64,000 nucleotides of DNA, from the sequence record MH460460.1; one strand, written 5' to 3'. A model generated the notes under the pieces. The model did no database searches and was not told the DNA's origin. It saw only the letters and a list, made by a program, of their open reading frames with translations. Both the position numbers and the translations under genes were made by a program. Positions 37,017-44,701 of this stretch are shown here, piece after piece (position 1 is the stretch's first letter; every line of letters begins with the position of its first letter).

Positions 37017-37468
37017 TTTACGATCCTAAAAACGGATTGTTAAATGTGGGTGACGTTGAAATGCGCACTCGTCCTGTTTTGTTTCAGCACAAACTCTGGC
37101 AGAACATGGAAGAGTATTTCAAGCAGGCTGAACACAATTTTGTTGACCGCTACAACGCGCTGAATGGAACCTCGCGTTCTGTTCTGCCTATCTCTTTCGT
37201 GTACGTTATTTCGAAAGGCGGTCATCGCGTTCGTACTTCAACGCTACTGGAAAAGTTTGGCTACGATGGCGATAAATTTAATCCAGTAGATCCGGATTAC
37301 AAGTTTCTGCTTGGTGAGTTATTTTCTCGCTACACAAAAATTCCGGCTGAACAGTGTTTTGTTCAAAGTTTCAAACTGCCTGAAAGTCGGCTGTTACTTG
37401 AAACAATCAATTTTCTCATCCTGCCTTGCGAAGATTTCTTCGTCGGCATTGTTAGCTTAGAGGGTTAA
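37013..37468 (+). CDS. Hypothetical protein
   Basis: AAGGAG RBS, ATGA overlap. Confidence 0.8.
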   Translation: MIYDPKNGLLNVGDVEMRTRPVLFQHKLWQNMEEYFKQAEHNFVDRYNALNGTSRSVLPISFVYVISKGGHRVRTSTLLEKFGYDGDKFNPVDPDYKFLLGELFSRYTKIPAEQCFVQSFKLPESRLLLETINFLILPCEDFFVGIVSLEG

Positions 37469-37675
37469 ATGGAAACGATCTCTATTCGTGTAAAGCGTGC
37501 GGAAGTTCTTGTTGGGAATGGCGTTGATAAAGTATTGCTGGTTACTGAACTTCCGCTCGGTGTTGCTCCCTTCAACGATGAAGGGCAGACACTTGAATTT
37601 AAAGTTGCTGCTGGCAAGGGCGTTCTTTATGTCCAGAAGCATTTCAATCTGAATCCAAAAGTCACAAGGGTATAA
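37469..37675 (+). CDS. Small hypothetical protein
   Basis: GAGGG RBS. Confidence 0.75.
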   Translation: METISIRVKRAEVLVGNGVDKVLLVTELPLGVAPFNDEGQTLEFKVAAGKGVLYVQKHFNLNPKVTRV

Positions 37676-37681
37676 GCGATC

Positions 37682-38086
37682 ATGAGTAAGAATAAATCAG
37701 TTTATGATGTTCTTCTGCAACGCACACTTTCAAGCCTGTTGAATCTTAGTCAGGCTGACACGGCTACGAAGGTTTCTATCACCGTCGCCGGAAACGCGTA
37801 TAAGTTTTCTCTGCCTTTTGAAAAAGAAAAAGTGCTTCGCGTTGTTGTGCGCGTAAGCGATAAAGGCAATCTGAAAATCAAAGCAACGTTAGACAAACCT
37901 GTTAAACGTTTTATCTCTGGCCTCGTTGCGATTGCTAAAGATAATATGGTTTCTTCTAACGATGGTCTACGCGACTTCACCAAAGTAAAAGACAAACTTT
38001 GGAAAGCGTATGTGAAGAAAGCCGAAGCTGAATTGCGTAGCAAGATTATTCGTTCAGCGCTGGCTTCCTACCAGTGGACAAAATAA
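37682..38086 (+). CDS. Basic hypothetical protein
   Basis: 134 aa, followed by a hairpin and Ts. Confidence 0.75.
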   Translation: MSKNKSVYDVLLQRTLSSLLNLSQADTATKVSITVAGNAYKFSLPFEKEKVLRVVVRVSDKGNLKIKATLDKPVKRFISGLVAIAKDNMVSSNDGLRDFTKVKDKLWKAYVKKAEAELRSKIIRSALASYQWTK

Positions 38087-38134
38087 CGCGCTCCTGTTGG
38101 GGCGCTTTTACTCTCTCTTTAGGAATTGCAAATC

Positions 38135-38758
38135 ATGCGTTACGAACTGAATAAGCCTTATGTTTTCTTTGCAGCACAAACCGTTTTTGAAGATGGTCGC
38201 GTTGTTGAAAAGATGCACGCGTACCAATCAACAAATCCGAACGATGAACTGCGCGATATTAAATTTGTTGTTGCGCAGTGCAAAGAGCACCACAAAGTTC
38301 CGTGGGATCAAGATCCGAAAGGCGAAAAGAAATACGATGGTTTTATTTTCGAACTGCCTGATGGTGAAAAAGCAACGAACCAGTATCCGCACGCCAGCTA
38401 CGGTCAAATGTCTGACACTGCTGATGGTGTTATTTCTCTGCTCTCACATTACTACGAAAAGTTCGACAAAGACTTTGATAAGATTTCCGAAGCCGATGTT
38501 TATATCGAATACTTTTCTTTCCAGCGCCATATGGAAGCATTGGAGTCGGCGATTTATAAGTTTTCGCCGGAAGGAGATCGAAGCGATCCGGAGTATCACG
38601 CCAAACTGGTTGAGCGTCGCAATCTGCTGATTTCAGAACTGGCGAAACAGCTTAATATGACAATCCAATTCTCGCAGTACAGCGTGACAACCAAAGACGG
38701 CAGCGTTATCGCGCCTCCCGGATTATATCGCTCAGAGTTGGCTCCACTCTGCAAATAA
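38135..38758 (+). CDS. Hypothetical protein
   Basis: AGGA RBS before ATG 38135 (TTG 38126 also possible). Confidence 0.8.
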   Translation: MRYELNKPYVFFAAQTVFEDGRVVEKMHAYQSTNPNDELRDIKFVVAQCKEHHKVPWDQDPKGEKKYDGFIFELPDGEKATNQYPHASYGQMSDTADGVISLLSHYYEKFDKDFDKISEADVYIEYFSFQRHMEALESAIYKFSPEGDRSDPEYHAKLVERRNLLISELAKQLNMTIQFSQYSVTTKDGSVIAPPGLYRSELAPLCK

Positions 38759-38803
38759 GTGTCTGAAATACCGCTGGTAACATATACGCCTTTTCTGTAA
38801 ACT
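38747..38803 (+). promoter_or_regulatory. Bipartite-box promoter, copy 6 (variant TGTCTGAAA; overlaps the upstream stop)
   Basis: CTCTGCAAA-TAAG-TGTCTGAAA-N29-TAAACT. Confidence 0.75.
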
Positions 38804-38858
38804 AAGGGAAAGGCGTTTCCTATCTCAAATCACATAATAGACTGCAAGGAGTTCTATA

Positions 38859-39464
38859 ATGTTCGCAATCAAAACCGTAACCGACCTGAACAACCTGATC
38901 GAACTGCAAGACGCTGTACTGTCCGAAGTGTTGGGGAAATCTTCCGATATGCGTTTGAACAAATACCAATGGAATTTGGATTTGTACAAACATAAATGGA
39001 CGATGATTAAAGTTCCGGTTGAGGTTTACGGTTTTCATGATGTTGAAGAAACAAATATGCGTTTGCATTTTGTTCGTCATTATCTGAAAAACTCACATTC
39101 GTTTTTGAAGAGTATTGTTTCGCCTCGCCGTGTTTCATTATCTGGAAAATGGATTCCGTTTTTCATGCCGGGAGGTTTTGATTTTAGCAATGCCGTTCGA
39201 TTGACGAACGACAACGAAAATATTTTGTCGGGCGTTTCCCCTGCGGGTCGTGCATTTCTCGAATGCAGTATCAATCCTCTTTTTCGTACAGAGTGGATGC
39301 TGGAAGATATCGTGAGCGCAATCGTGTGGGCGAAAGTTCAATACAACTTAACGCCTGAAACTTTTAATGTGGATGTGTTTAGCGCATCACATGCAATTCT
39401 TCATTACGTGCGCAAAGTCCTCTGGTCTTTCGCCAATCCAAAGTTTAAAAAGGCACACGCATGA
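38859..39464 (+). CDS. Hypothetical protein
   Basis: AAGGAG RBS. Confidence 0.8.
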   Translation: MFAIKTVTDLNNLIELQDAVLSEVLGKSSDMRLNKYQWNLDLYKHKWTMIKVPVEVYGFHDVEETNMRLHFVRHYLKNSHSFLKSIVSPRRVSLSGKWIPFFMPGGFDFSNAVRLTNDNENILSGVSPAGRAFLECSINPLFRTEWMLEDIVSAIVWAKVQYNLTPETFNVDVFSASHAILHYVRKVLWSFANPKFKKAHA

Positions 39465-39637
39465 GTATCTCGGAAAAACTTGCAGAACTGCAACGCAAAG
39501 GCAAGATTATTTTTCCTACCGGAATTGATTTAGGTGACTTCGAATTTGCTGCACGTATGCGCGGAATTCAATTCACAAAAACAAACGTAGAAACATCCAC
39601 ACGCACCGTCGTTCGATATAAGGTAACTGCACAATGA
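39461..39637 (+). CDS. 58-aa peptide
   Basis: ATGA overlaps at both ends. Confidence 0.7.
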   Translation: MSISEKLAELQRKGKIIFPTGIDLGDFEFAARMRGIQFTKTNVETSTRTVVRYKVTAQ

Positions 39638-40041
39638 AAGTTTTAGATTTAGATAAATTTAAAGGCACGTTGGCGCAATACGCAGCGGCTCGCAAGGTTG
39701 AAGAAATTTTCTCGCAGGTTGATCAACACATGCAGCGCAACGGCGCGATTGCTTTTACTGTTCCGATGGATGAGTTTTTCGCAAACGGTTCGGATGTTGA
39801 AATTGTTTGCGGTCAAGGTGCGATGGTTGATCACCTTTGGGATGAAGCTGAAACAACCGCGTGCATCAATCGCGTACTGGCTTCTCCTGAATTCGCCAAC
39901 TGGTTCGGCGGCTGGCTGGTAGCAGATGGAACGGAGTACATGAAGAAGCACGCTGTACTCAAATCAGAAATGCCGGATCAAAAAATCTTTGTCTTCATTC
40001 CAGAAATTCCGGTTCTTTCGTTGAAACAAATTTTGAGTTGA
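39634..40041 (+). CDS. Hypothetical protein
   Basis: ATGA overlap. Confidence 0.8.
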   Translation: MKVLDLDKFKGTLAQYAAARKVEEIFSQVDQHMQRNGAIAFTVPMDEFFANGSDVEIVCGQGAMVDHLWDEAETTACINRVLASPEFANWFGGWLVADGTEYMKKHAVLKSEMPDQKIFVFIPEIPVLSLKQILS

Positions 40042-40051
40042 GGGAAGTAAA

Positions 40052-40885
40052 ATGTCTGCTGTAACAAGTCAGAACGATTTTGATGCAGTGCGTACTGCGC
40101 TGGAGAGCATTTTAAAAGCTAATGAAGATGCTCGCCGTGGATTGTACGAGAAGGGTGAGTTGTTTAACGACAACTTTTTGAAGTTTTCCGTTTCTGATTT
40201 ACATAAAAGTTTGCAGAATACTCCGCGTAGAAAACTGCCTCAGATTGTTGAGAAAGTTTTAGGCGATTTCAACTTTAGAGCAATTCACGGAGATTGGGCG
40301 CTCGTTAAACACGATGCTCCCGACTTCACTTTAATTGAATTGCCTCACTCTGCAACGAATGTCGTTGGCGTTACTTTTTCAAAAGATTCTTATAAAGGAA
40401 AACTTGTCGAGTTAGGCGATACTGATTTTGCGGAACCTGTCGTTAAGGAGAAAGTAAAACCTCCTGCTAAACAGCGAACGAAAAAAGTTATCGCTAAGAA
40501 GGAAGAAGTAAAAAGTAATTCCGTTGTTCAGGAAGAAGTTGAACCTGAACATGTAGAGAATGCTCCTGCCTCTGTATTGGAAGTTAAAAAGAGAAGGGCG
40601 GCTGTTGAAAAACTTTCACCGGAAGATCGGCGTCAGTCTTCTGGCACTTATCAACAATTAAAATTCGTTTTGCTTTCTATGACAAAAGAAACGCTAGACG
40701 TTTTGGCAGAAACATTGAACATTGGCGAGTTGGAACCTACGGTGCGCGGGGCGGTAGAAGATATTCTCCGCTTCATGGATTTCGAATCTATTCGCGATGC
40801 AGCGGATAATATGGGAATCACACTGAAAGCTCGCAACAACGCAGACGCAGCATTGTTAGAATTTCTAATCGTCCAATCTAAATAA
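40052..40885 (+). CDS. Hypothetical protein, paralog of 42340..43083, with C-terminal HeH-like modules
   Basis: HGDWALVKHDAPDFTLIELPHSATN vs YGSWVFVDWDSPDCLFIQLPKTSTN. Confidence 0.85.
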   Translation: MSAVTSQNDFDAVRTALESILKANEDARRGLYEKGELFNDNFLKFSVSDLHKSLQNTPRRKLPQIVEKVLGDFNFRAIHGDWALVKHDAPDFTLIELPHSATNVVGVTFSKDSYKGKLVELGDTDFAEPVVKEKVKPPAKQRTKKVIAKKEEVKSNSVVQEEVEPEHVENAPASVLEVKKRRAAVEKLSPEDRRQSSGTYQQLKFVLLSMTKETLDVLAETLNIGELEPTVRGAVEDILRFMDFESIRDAADNMGITLKARNNADAALLEFLIVQSK

Positions 40886-40901
40886 ACCCGTGGAGAGAAT
40901 C

Positions 40902-41684
40902 ATGTTAACCATTCAGCGTAAAACCAGTTTCAGCGGCATCACCTTTTCTTTTATGCGCAACGGCAAACTGATTGCCGCGCATGTTTCCGGCCTGCTGCTT
41001 TCTCAGGCAATTGCAAAAATGTATGGCAGCTCAATGACCGTCTGCATTCAGTACAAAGACGGTCGCGAAGTTGAGGATCAAGTAATCATGCGCCGTGTGG
41101 TGCAAGCCGATCCTATGCAGGATTCCGAATCTTTTATTGATATGTGCTTGTGCTTGGATTTGGGTACAGCGTTCGCCGAAGTTCCGTTGATTGCTATGCG
41201 CAGCAAAACGAAACCGGAAGAGAAAGCTGTTAAGCGCGTTATTGTTCGCGATGCGGATCGCATGGAGAAATTTTTAATAGAACAGCGTGACGCGATTGAA
41301 TTGCAGTCACTCTACGAATTCCTCGTTGATAGCGAACTGCGAAACGTTCGCCATGTTGTTCGCTTCCTCGGCCTGACTGTTGAGGGCGGCACCGAAGTTG
41401 AAGATCACGCCGACGAGATTATCGAAGTTCCTCGCGCTGTATGGCATGAGCAATTCCTTGCCAACGAAATGAAGTTAGACGCAGACGCGCCTCTTGTTAC
41501 TCTGGCGCAGGAAGCAATCTTCTTCATGGAAAATAAACATCGCGTTGATGCGTCTCTGTCTTTTGACGATGACGAAGATTTTGACTTCGAAGATGAAACA
41601 GAAATTTTCTCCGAAGAGTTCGACGGCGACAACATCGAAGAAACAATTCTTTCCGACGATAGCAGTCTGGAAGAAGACGCGTAA
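40902..41684 (+). CDS. Hypothetical protein with an acidic C-terminal tail
   Basis: GGAG RBS before ATG 40902; tail FDDDEDFDFEDETE... Confidence 0.8.
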   Translation: MLTIQRKTSFSGITFSFMRNGKLIAAHVSGLLLSQAIAKMYGSSMTVCIQYKDGREVEDQVIMRRVVQADPMQDSESFIDMCLCLDLGTAFAEVPLIAMRSKTKPEEKAVKRVIVRDADRMEKFLIEQRDAIELQSLYEFLVDSELRNVRHVVRFLGLTVEGGTEVEDHADEIIEVPRAVWHEQFLANEMKLDADAPLVTLAQEAIFFMENKHRVDASLSFDDDEDFDFEDETEIFSEEFDGDNIEETILSDDSSLEEDA

Positions 41685-41702
41685 GAATTAGATTGTGCAT
41701 TT

Positions 41703-41808
41703 TAGAGCGAATTGCTCTAGGCTTGAATTTGGATTTCCCCTTACTGCGAAGGAATGCGGTGTTTAAATTCAAGCCAACTTTTTATGTTTCTTTGCGAGGG
41801 AACATAAA
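41703..41808 (+). other. Three consecutive intergenic hairpins (terminator, structured leader or ncRNA)
   Basis: TAGAGC/GCTCTA; GGCTTGAATTT/AAATTCAAGCC (11 bp perfect); TTTATGTTTC/GGAACATAAA. Confidence 0.5.
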
Positions 41809-41838
41809 CGGTTCAACCACACAAAGAGAGGCTACGCT

Positions 41839-42189
41839 GTGAAAACTATCAAATTCCATTTTGGCGCAAGCCAGTTAAACACACTCACGCTTAACCGCAA
41901 TGCGATTCAATCAGAATCGCAGGTTAAACAGATTCTGAATATCCTGATGTGTCCTGCTCGCGTTTGGGAAGCGATTGTCTCTAACGACAACGTAAAGCAG
42001 GTTACGCTTTTTAATAGTGCCTCTGAAATGGCTCCTTACGTTTCGCCGCATAAATCCATTCACCATTTGGACAGAAACAGCGATACCTTTATCGAAGATT
42101 TCCGGGCGCTGCTTTCTTCTCATAACGGCGTCTACCTAAACGGCACCGATATTCAAGTGCTGGCTTTAGGCGAAGATGAGATCGAATAA
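41839..42189 (+). CDS. Hypothetical protein
   Basis: GTG start after GAGG. Confidence 0.75.
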   Translation: MKTIKFHFGASQLNTLTLNRNAIQSESQVKQILNILMCPARVWEAIVSNDNVKQVTLFNSASEMAPYVSPHKSIHHLDRNSDTFIEDFRALLSSHNGVYLNGTDIQVLALGEDEIE

Positions 42190-42246
42190 CTCTGCAAAAC
42201 AGTGTCCAAAATAGCGATGGCATTTCGGCACTGAAATCTGTAAACT
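42190..42246 (+). promoter_or_regulatory. Bipartite-box promoter, copy 7
   Basis: CTCTGCAAA-N4-TGTCCAAAA-N29-TAAACT. Confidence 0.8.
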
Positions 42247-42339
42247 GTAGTCAGAGGCAAATGGCCTCAACAAGCGTGTAAGGATTTACGGGGTTTTCAC
42301 CTTACATGCTTTCAACGTAAATCCCAAAGGAAATAAATC

Positions 42340-43083
42340 ATGCCTAACGAAAAAACTTCTGTTCCTTCTCGCAAAGAATTCGCGGCATCTAGAGCGGCGG
42401 CAAAGAAAGTGAAATCTGCTCCTGCTTCTGTTCGTGCGAAAAATTCAACGAAAGATGTTAGTCGCGAAACTGACGCTGATCGTTTGGATAAATTTGTGAT
42501 TGCGGTTCTGGAAGAATGGCGTGTAGCCAAAGAGAATAATCTCGCTGGCTCCGATCAAAACATCATCAAAGTGAGTATGCGCGAAATCAAGTTGCTCATG
42601 TCTCGAACTTTGAAAAACACGCGTGTATCTCGGCTGCACGATCTGATTAACGATACGTTATCCGGATTGAACATCGCTGAGGTTTACGGTTCGTGGGTGT
42701 TCGTTGATTGGGATTCTCCAGACTGTCTGTTTATCCAACTGCCGAAAACATCGACCAACGCGATTCGTGTTCGCGTTGCCAGTAAAGCGGGAAGCGCTGA
42801 ATTCTCGCTCCAAAAATCCACTGAGCAATTGATTGAAGATCGATTCCGTGTGGAAGAGGACGAGGACGAAAATCAAACCGTTGTCGATGACGGAGACATT
42901 GATCGTGAATATGACGGTCGCCCTGAGAATGTTCGTAAGACAGAGAAGCAATTGCGGTCTTGGACGCTTGAGCAATTACAAAACTTCGTAATTGAAAACA
43001 AGATTGAAGTCTGGGCCGGTGCGGATTATAACTACGAGACACTTCTTGTTGCCGTGTTGGATTTCAAAACTAAACAGGCATAA
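42340..43083 (+). CDS. Hypothetical protein, paralog of 40052..40885, with basic N-terminal arm and C-terminal HeH-like module
   Basis: AAGGA RBS; C-terminal LRSWTLEQLQNFVIENKI...YETLLVAVL. Confidence 0.85.
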   Translation: MPNEKTSVPSRKEFAASRAAAKKVKSAPASVRAKNSTKDVSRETDADRLDKFVIAVLEEWRVAKENNLAGSDQNIIKVSMREIKLLMSRTLKNTRVSRLHDLINDTLSGLNIAEVYGSWVFVDWDSPDCLFIQLPKTSTNAIRVRVASKAGSAEFSLQKSTEQLIEDRFRVEEDEDENQTVVDDGDIDREYDGRPENVRKTEKQLRSWTLEQLQNFVIENKIEVWAGADYNYETLLVAVLDFKTKQA

Positions 43084-43091
43084 TTGATTAC

Positions 43092-43118
43092 GGGTGGCAC
43101 TTCGGTGCTGCCCTTTTT
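43092..43118 (+). terminator. Intrinsic terminator
   Basis: GGGTGGCAC-TTCG-GTGCTGCCC followed by TTTTT. Confidence 0.85.
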
Positions 43119-43138
43119 AAATTTCTGGAGAAATTTTT

Positions 43139-43669
43139 ATGAAATTCCGTAATGCCGAAAACGTTGCTGCTTTGCTTGTGTTGAATCTGAAAACATACAG
43201 CGACGAGAAAGAAAAAGATTTAAAACGCGTTCTTATCGGCGCAAGCAATCTCGCTGAACTGTTTGGCTACACAAACAACTATATTGAACCTGAGAAACTT
43301 AAAGAACTTGAGTTTCATTTGCGCCAGCGCGGTTATCTGTTCTTCGTTTTTGAAAGCGGTATATATGGAATGCTCCGTATCTCTACGCTGGCAAACTGGC
43401 CTCGCATTGCAATGTCACGCATTGAGGCGGCGTTAGATTTGCCGCTGGAAGATATTGAATCGCTAATCAATGCAGATTCAAATGATCAAGGTGTTCCGCT
43501 CGATAAAGAAAATGATCTCTATCCTAATACGTGGAGTTTTGATCGTATCCAACAATACTTTTTCAAACATCTTACTGATTTGGATATTAGCGCGTACACA
43601 ACTCGGCAAGCGGCCTGCTTAGTTCAAAGGCATATGCGCAAACACAATATCGTTCCGGCGAAGGGTTAA
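43139..43669 (+). CDS. Hypothetical protein
   Basis: GGAG RBS. Confidence 0.8.
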   Translation: MKFRNAENVAALLVLNLKTYSDEKEKDLKRVLIGASNLAELFGYTNNYIEPEKLKELEFHLRQRGYLFFVFESGIYGMLRISTLANWPRIAMSRIEAALDLPLEDIESLINADSNDQGVPLDKENDLYPNTWSFDRIQQYFFKHLTDLDISAYTTRQAACLVQRHMRKHNIVPAKG

Positions 43670-43674
43670 AAATC

Positions 43675-44052
43675 ATGGGATACATTGATCAGCTTGTTTC
43701 AAATCACAATCTGTCTGCGCAAGAGCGTCGCCAGAAATACAGCACGTTCGTAGCCAAAACCGCGCCTAAAAAATCCGGCGATGTTGTTCGTATTGATCTG
43801 ATTCGTGCGATGGCTTTTGTTGGTGAAACGAATTTTAGTGAAGAGGCGCAGTTGAAATTCGTTTCTGATTACAACTCGGTGCTTTCGTATGAAGAACATC
43901 CGTGCTTCATGTATCGCACAATCGAAGGTGAATACGCGCACCGCAATTGCAGACACGTCACTTACGTTGTTCGTTTACCGAAACGCGGTGATAAAATTTC
44001 AGAAGCGATGATTGATGACGGTTCGATCATCGTTGGTGGGAGTAAATTCTGA
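43675..44052 (+). CDS. Hypothetical protein
   Basis: 125-aa ORF; TGATG overlap with the next gene. Confidence 0.75.
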   Translation: MGYIDQLVSNHNLSAQERRQKYSTFVAKTAPKKSGDVVRIDLIRAMAFVGETNFSEEAQLKFVSDYNSVLSYEEHPCFMYRTIEGEYAHRNCRHVTYVVRLPKRGDKISEAMIDDGSIIVGGSKF

Positions 44053-44417
44053 TGCCAACAATCGAAGAAGTAAAAAACAGCGCAACCATTTATCAGTTTC
44101 TACACAATCCTTATGGTGTAGTTCGCGCCGGAACCTACAAGCCAAATCTTTTGGATTGTTGGGCGTTGGTTGTCGATACCATTCCGAAATGCTTTATCGC
44201 GCTTTGGGGAAAGATGTGTGAATTAAGCTGGCATATGTCGATTCGCCGTCTGCTTATTTGGTTGCTGTTTATGCCGTTCTGGATTCTGATTGTTGTGCCA
44301 ATGCCGCTCACTTTCTGGATTTGGGGAACGTATGTTTATTTCTACATGCGCGGCGAACCTGAGCGCCATAAGAAAGTTCAGGAACGTCTTAACCGGAAGT
44401 TAGATTCTCTAGTGTAG
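44052..44417 (+). CDS. Membrane protein
   Basis: LLIWLLFMPFWILIVVPMPLTFWIWGTYVYF. Confidence 0.8.
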   Translation: MPTIEEVKNSATIYQFLHNPYGVVRAGTYKPNLLDCWALVVDTIPKCFIALWGKMCELSWHMSIRRLLIWLLFMPFWILIVVPMPLTFWIWGTYVYFYMRGEPERHKKVQERLNRKLDSLV

Positions 44418-44473
44418 TCTGCAAAATAGTGTCCAAAATTTCGGTGGTTTTTGCCGCCTCGTTTTGATACACT
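44417..44473 (+). promoter_or_regulatory. Bipartite-box promoter, copy 8
   Basis: GTCTGCAAA-ATAG-TGTCCAAAA-N29-TACACT. Confidence 0.8.
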
Positions 44474-44479
44474 ATTTGG

Positions 44480-44553
44480 ACAGGGCAGCAATGCCCTACA
44501 AGATTCAACGTGAAGTGGAAACTTTTTGTAGGCAGGGAAGCCTACACTTTTTT
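44480..44553 (+). ncRNA. Putative ~73-nt small RNA
   Basis: Between promoter copy 8 and a terminator; 5' GCAA-tetraloop hairpin; no RBS-bearing ORF. Confidence 0.55.
44527..44553 (+). terminator. Intrinsic terminator
   Basis: TGTAGGC-AGGGAA-GCCTACA-C-TTTTTT. Confidence 0.8.
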
Positions 44554-44578
44554 GCAAAGTCTCCTACTAAGGGGGGAA

Positions 44579-44635
44579 CTCTGCAAAATAGTGTCCAAAA
44601 TTGCGATTGATAATATCGCTACTTTCCATCACTAT
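44579..44635 (+). promoter_or_regulatory. Bipartite-box promoter, copy 9
   Basis: CTCTGCAAA-ATAG-TGTCCAAAA; TTGATA at the -35 position; CACTAT at N29. Confidence 0.75.
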
Positions 44636-44701
44636 TTAATCTCACTCGGCGCAGTGCCGAAACAAACAAGCCTTAACTAATATTTCTTAGGAGAAATAAT
44701 C

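Noticed and set aside
41720-41776. tRNA-like gene (GGCTTGA...TCAAGCCA ends)
   Set aside because: Only ~57 nt, with no D, anticodon or T-arm cloverleaf and no CCA; kept only as a hairpin element
44491-44610. 39-aa ORF inside the putative sRNA
   Set aside because: No RBS, only ~10 nt from the predicted start site, and it runs through a terminator and the next promoter
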